Source of the DNA: Acidimicrobiia bacterium
Lineage (GTDB): Bacteria; Actinomycetota; Acidimicrobiia; Spongiisociales; JAHEDJ01
Direction of reading: 5' to 3'
Assembly: GCA_029210695.1 (NCBI GenBank)
Contig: JARGFH010000010.1
Location: forward strand, 1,802-65,801
DNA length: 64,000 nt
Within the stretch, counting starts at the first letter, position 1, and every line of letters begins with the position of its first letter. Under the pieces are notes generated by a model, which saw only the letters and a list, made by a program, of their open reading frames with translations, searched no databases and was not told the DNA's origin. A program made the position numbers and the translations under genes. Below, piece by piece: positions 58,471 through 64,000 of this stretch.

Positions 58471-59688
58471 TCAGGTCTGGGCTGGACCTCGTCTGGGTTC
58501 CCTGTCGAAGGTCGGGTCGGCGGCATCTGCTGCTTCGACGTCGTCCCGGCGGATCCCGAGGAGGAACAAGATTGCGTCGAGGTAGGGAACCGAAACGGCG
58601 GTGTCCGCCGCCGCTCGCACGAGGGGCTTCGCATTGAAGGCGATACCCAATCCGGCGGCGGCGAGCATGTCGAGGTCGTTGGCGCCGTCGCCGACCGCGA
58701 CCGTTTGCTCAACGGGAATGCCGCGTTCGGCGGCGATCCGGCGCAGCACCTCGGCCTTGCCCGCGCGATCGATGATTGGCCCTTCGAGCTCTCCGGTCAG
58801 GGTTCCGTTCTCGATGACCAACCGGTTGGCGAAGGTGTGGTCTACTCCGAGGTCCGCCCCCAGCGCGTCGACGAAGAACTCGAACCCGCCGCTGACCAAC
58901 ACGATCTCATAGCCGAGGCGCTTGAGGGTGCGAACGAACGTCCTGGCTCCCGGCGTCAGGGAGATCTTCGCGGCGACACGCTCGAGTGCCGCCGTGTCGA
59001 GGCCCCGGAGTGTCTCGACACGTGATCGCAGCGCCGCCTCGAAGTCGAGTTCGCCGCGCATGGCCCTATCGGTGATGGCGGCCACCGCCTCGACCCGGCC
59101 GGCCTCCTGGGCGAGAAGGTCGATGACCTCGTTCTCGATCAACGTCGAATCGACATCGAGGACCACTAGTCGTTTGGCGCGCCGCTGCAGGCCCTCGGGT
59201 TGCACTGCGATATCGAGCCGGAACGCTTGCGAAGCATCGAGGAGTCCCTTGCGGAGATGGTCGAAGTCTGCTCCCGACACTATGAACTCGTAGCTCATGA
59301 CCGGGTAGTCGGAGAGCCGGAGGATGCGATCGATGTTGCCGCCCGCCCCGGCGATGGCGGCGGTAGCTCCGGCCAGTGCATCGGCCGATAGATCCGGCGC
59401 CAGGAGCGTGACGGCGTAGCGGGGGCCGATCGGAGGGACCGGTTGGTCGTCGACAACGTCGAATTCGATTTCGATCCCTCGCTGCCACCCGAAGAACAAG
59501 AGGTCCTTCAGTGTCTGATGCTCCTCGGACAGCCCCACGAGCAGGTCGAGCGTCAGCCGGCCCCGAACGACGACTTGTTCCATATCGTGTACCTGGGCGC
59601 CGCCGAGGGACAAGATATCGAGCAACCCGGCGGTGATGCCGGGTGCGTCGCGTCCGCGAATGCGGACCAGGATCGTGTCGTGTGCCAT
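58471..59688 (-). CDS. serB: phosphoserine phosphatase SerB with N-terminal tandem ACT domains
   Basis: HAD motifs LVVLDVDSTLI (DxDxT), the SGG region and GDGANDL. Two N-terminal ACT-like repeats. Start at MAHDTILV. Confidence 0.75.
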   Translation of the reverse strand: MAHDTILVRIRGRDAPGITAGLLDILSLGGAQVHDMEQVVVRGRLTLDLLVGLSEEHQTLKDLLFFGWQRGIEIEFDVVDDQPVPPIGPRYAVTLLAPDLSADALAGATAAIAGAGGNIDRILRLSDYPVMSYEFIVSGADFDHLRKGLLDASQAFRLDIAVQPEGLQRRAKRLVVLDVDSTLIENEVIDLLAQEAGRVEAVAAITDRAMRGELDFEAALRSRVETLRGLDTAALERVAAKISLTPGARTFVRTLKRLGYEIVLVSGGFEFFVDALGADLGVDHTFANRLVIENGTLTGELEGPIIDRAGKAEVLRRIAAERGIPVEQTVAVGDGANDLDMLAAAGLGIAFNAKPLVRAAADTAVSVPYLDAILFLLGIRRDDVEAADAADPTFDREPRRGPAQT

Positions 59689-59795
59689 CCGTTCTGAGGA
59701 TAACGCCACCGTCTCTCTTTCCGGCGAGGTCCTGATCGTCTGGGCCGGGACCAACGCTGCGGTCCGGCATTGCCTTGCGTATATGGCAATGTGTG

Positions 59796-60035
59796 ATGAT
59801 GCAGGAGAAGTCGCAACGCCATCTGGTCGTCCGCATCGTCGTCACGACGGTCGGCGGGCTGCTTCTGATCGTCGGCATCCTCGGCTTGTTCCTGCCGCTT
59901 GTCCCCGGTTTCCTTCTGATCCTGCCGGGCCTGGCGATTCTCGCCGGCGAGTTCGTTTGGGCGCGCCGGCTCCTCGACGGGACCCGGGCGCGACTGAATT
60001 CAGGTTTGTCCAAGGCGCGACGCTCGGATAAATAA
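59796..60035 (+). CDS. PGPGW-domain small transmembrane protein
   Basis: LLIVGILGLFLPLVPGFLLILPGLAILAGEF matches the PGPGW hairpin-TM family. Confidence 0.5.
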   Translation: MMQEKSQRHLVVRIVVTTVGGLLLIVGILGLFLPLVPGFLLILPGLAILAGEFVWARRLLDGTRARLNSGLSKARRSDK

Positions 60036-60122
60036 CGCTGCATCGCATCGTCCGATTGACGGCCCTCCGGTGAACCGCCGTTCCGACATGCTGTTGGAAC
60101 ACAACTCGATATGCTCCTCACC

Positions 60123-60524
60123 ATGGCGAAACAGGCAAGGCGCCGCTCAACTCGGATCATGCTGGCCGGACTCGGGTTCCTGAGTCTCGGCGTCTCCATC
60201 ATCGGCATCGTTCTGCCTGGAATTCCCACGACCGGCCCGGTGCTGCTGGCCGCGTACTTCTTCTCCCGGTCCTCAGAGCGATTTGATCAGTGGTTGGTGG
60301 GACATCGGCTGTTCGGCCCAATCGTCCGGGACTGGCGCGCCGGACTCGGGTTCACGGCGCGTTCCAAGGTTTTGTCCATCATCGCCATAGCCGCCACCTT
60401 CTCGATCACGGTTGGTTTCGCAGTCTCGAACTCGACCGTCCGCGTCGGACTTGTGATGCTGGCGCTTGCGATCAGCACCTATATTCTGCGATTGCCGACC
60501 AAGGTGTCGGAGACCCCGGCGTAG
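60123..60524 (+). CDS. YbaN/DUF454 family inner-membrane protein
   Basis: GIVLPGIPTTGPVLLAAYFFSRSS..F..WL signature of the DUF454/YbaN family. Confidence 0.6.
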   Translation: MAKQARRRSTRIMLAGLGFLSLGVSIIGIVLPGIPTTGPVLLAAYFFSRSSERFDQWLVGHRLFGPIVRDWRAGLGFTARSKVLSIIAIAATFSITVGFAVSNSTVRVGLVMLALAISTYILRLPTKVSETPA

Positions 60525-60587
60525 GAATGACCACGCGGCAGAGGCGCCGTTGCCGACGCCTCGTGTCGCGCCTCCCGCCGATTCGTC

Positions 60588-63995
<3,408 letters not shown>

Positions 63996-64000
63996 GTCGT

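Overview
High-GC (about 65-70%) actinobacterial-type chromosomal segment with dense, often translationally coupled genes (ATGA/GTGA overlaps). No rRNA or tRNA genes and no CRISPR array were seen.

Gene content by region:
- 1-440: a truncated IS110-family transposase N-terminus.
- 0.6-16 kb: housekeeping and accessory genes. These include an APH-like kinase, an M15 peptidase lipoprotein, a DUF885 lipoprotein, a tandem-GNAT acetyltransferase, pilT plus a small partner, a rhomboid protease, two FAD oxidoreductases, and membrane or lipoproteins.
- 15.9-17.4 kb: two redox genes with in-frame stop codons. The first is an AhpD/carboxymuconolactone-decarboxylase family gene whose CxxC motif reads C-F-Y-TGA-V-L-S-H; the TGA sits exactly where the second Cys belongs, so this is a candidate selenocysteine (CxxU) protein. 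A hairpin lies about 20-30 nt downstream of the TGA. The second is a divergent PPOX/F420-class gene with an in-frame TAG, probably a pseudogene.
- 17.5-31.8 kb: ATP-dependent DNA ligase (LigB-like), nitroreductase, a TrmH methyltransferase, a YceH protein, an LLM F420-type oxidoreductase, deoD, an MpaB-family oxygenase, a TPP enzyme, a BASS transporter, an epimerase and an SDR, and an orphan ATCase-like carbamoyltransferase.
- 31.8-57 kb: a large amine/polyamine catabolic island with internal paralogy. It holds two PotABCD-type ABC transporters, an Lrp regulator, two class-III aminotransferases, an amidohydrolase, two ~825-aa dimethylglycine-oxidase-like (FAD + GcvT) proteins, two DAO-type oxidases, a trimethylamine-dehydrogenase-like flavo-FeS enzyme and an aldehyde dehydrogenase.
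- 57-64 kb: a PPOX F420 enzyme, a DUF2510/scramblase-like protein, SerB with ACT domains, PGPGW and YbaN small membrane proteins, and a class II B12-dependent ribonucleotide reductase (NrdJ).

A ~50-nt palindromic REP-like element (TTTTCTCCGCAATGC...GCATTGCGGAGAAAA) recurs at three convergent gene junctions, twice as tandem pairs, with a degenerate copy at a fourth.
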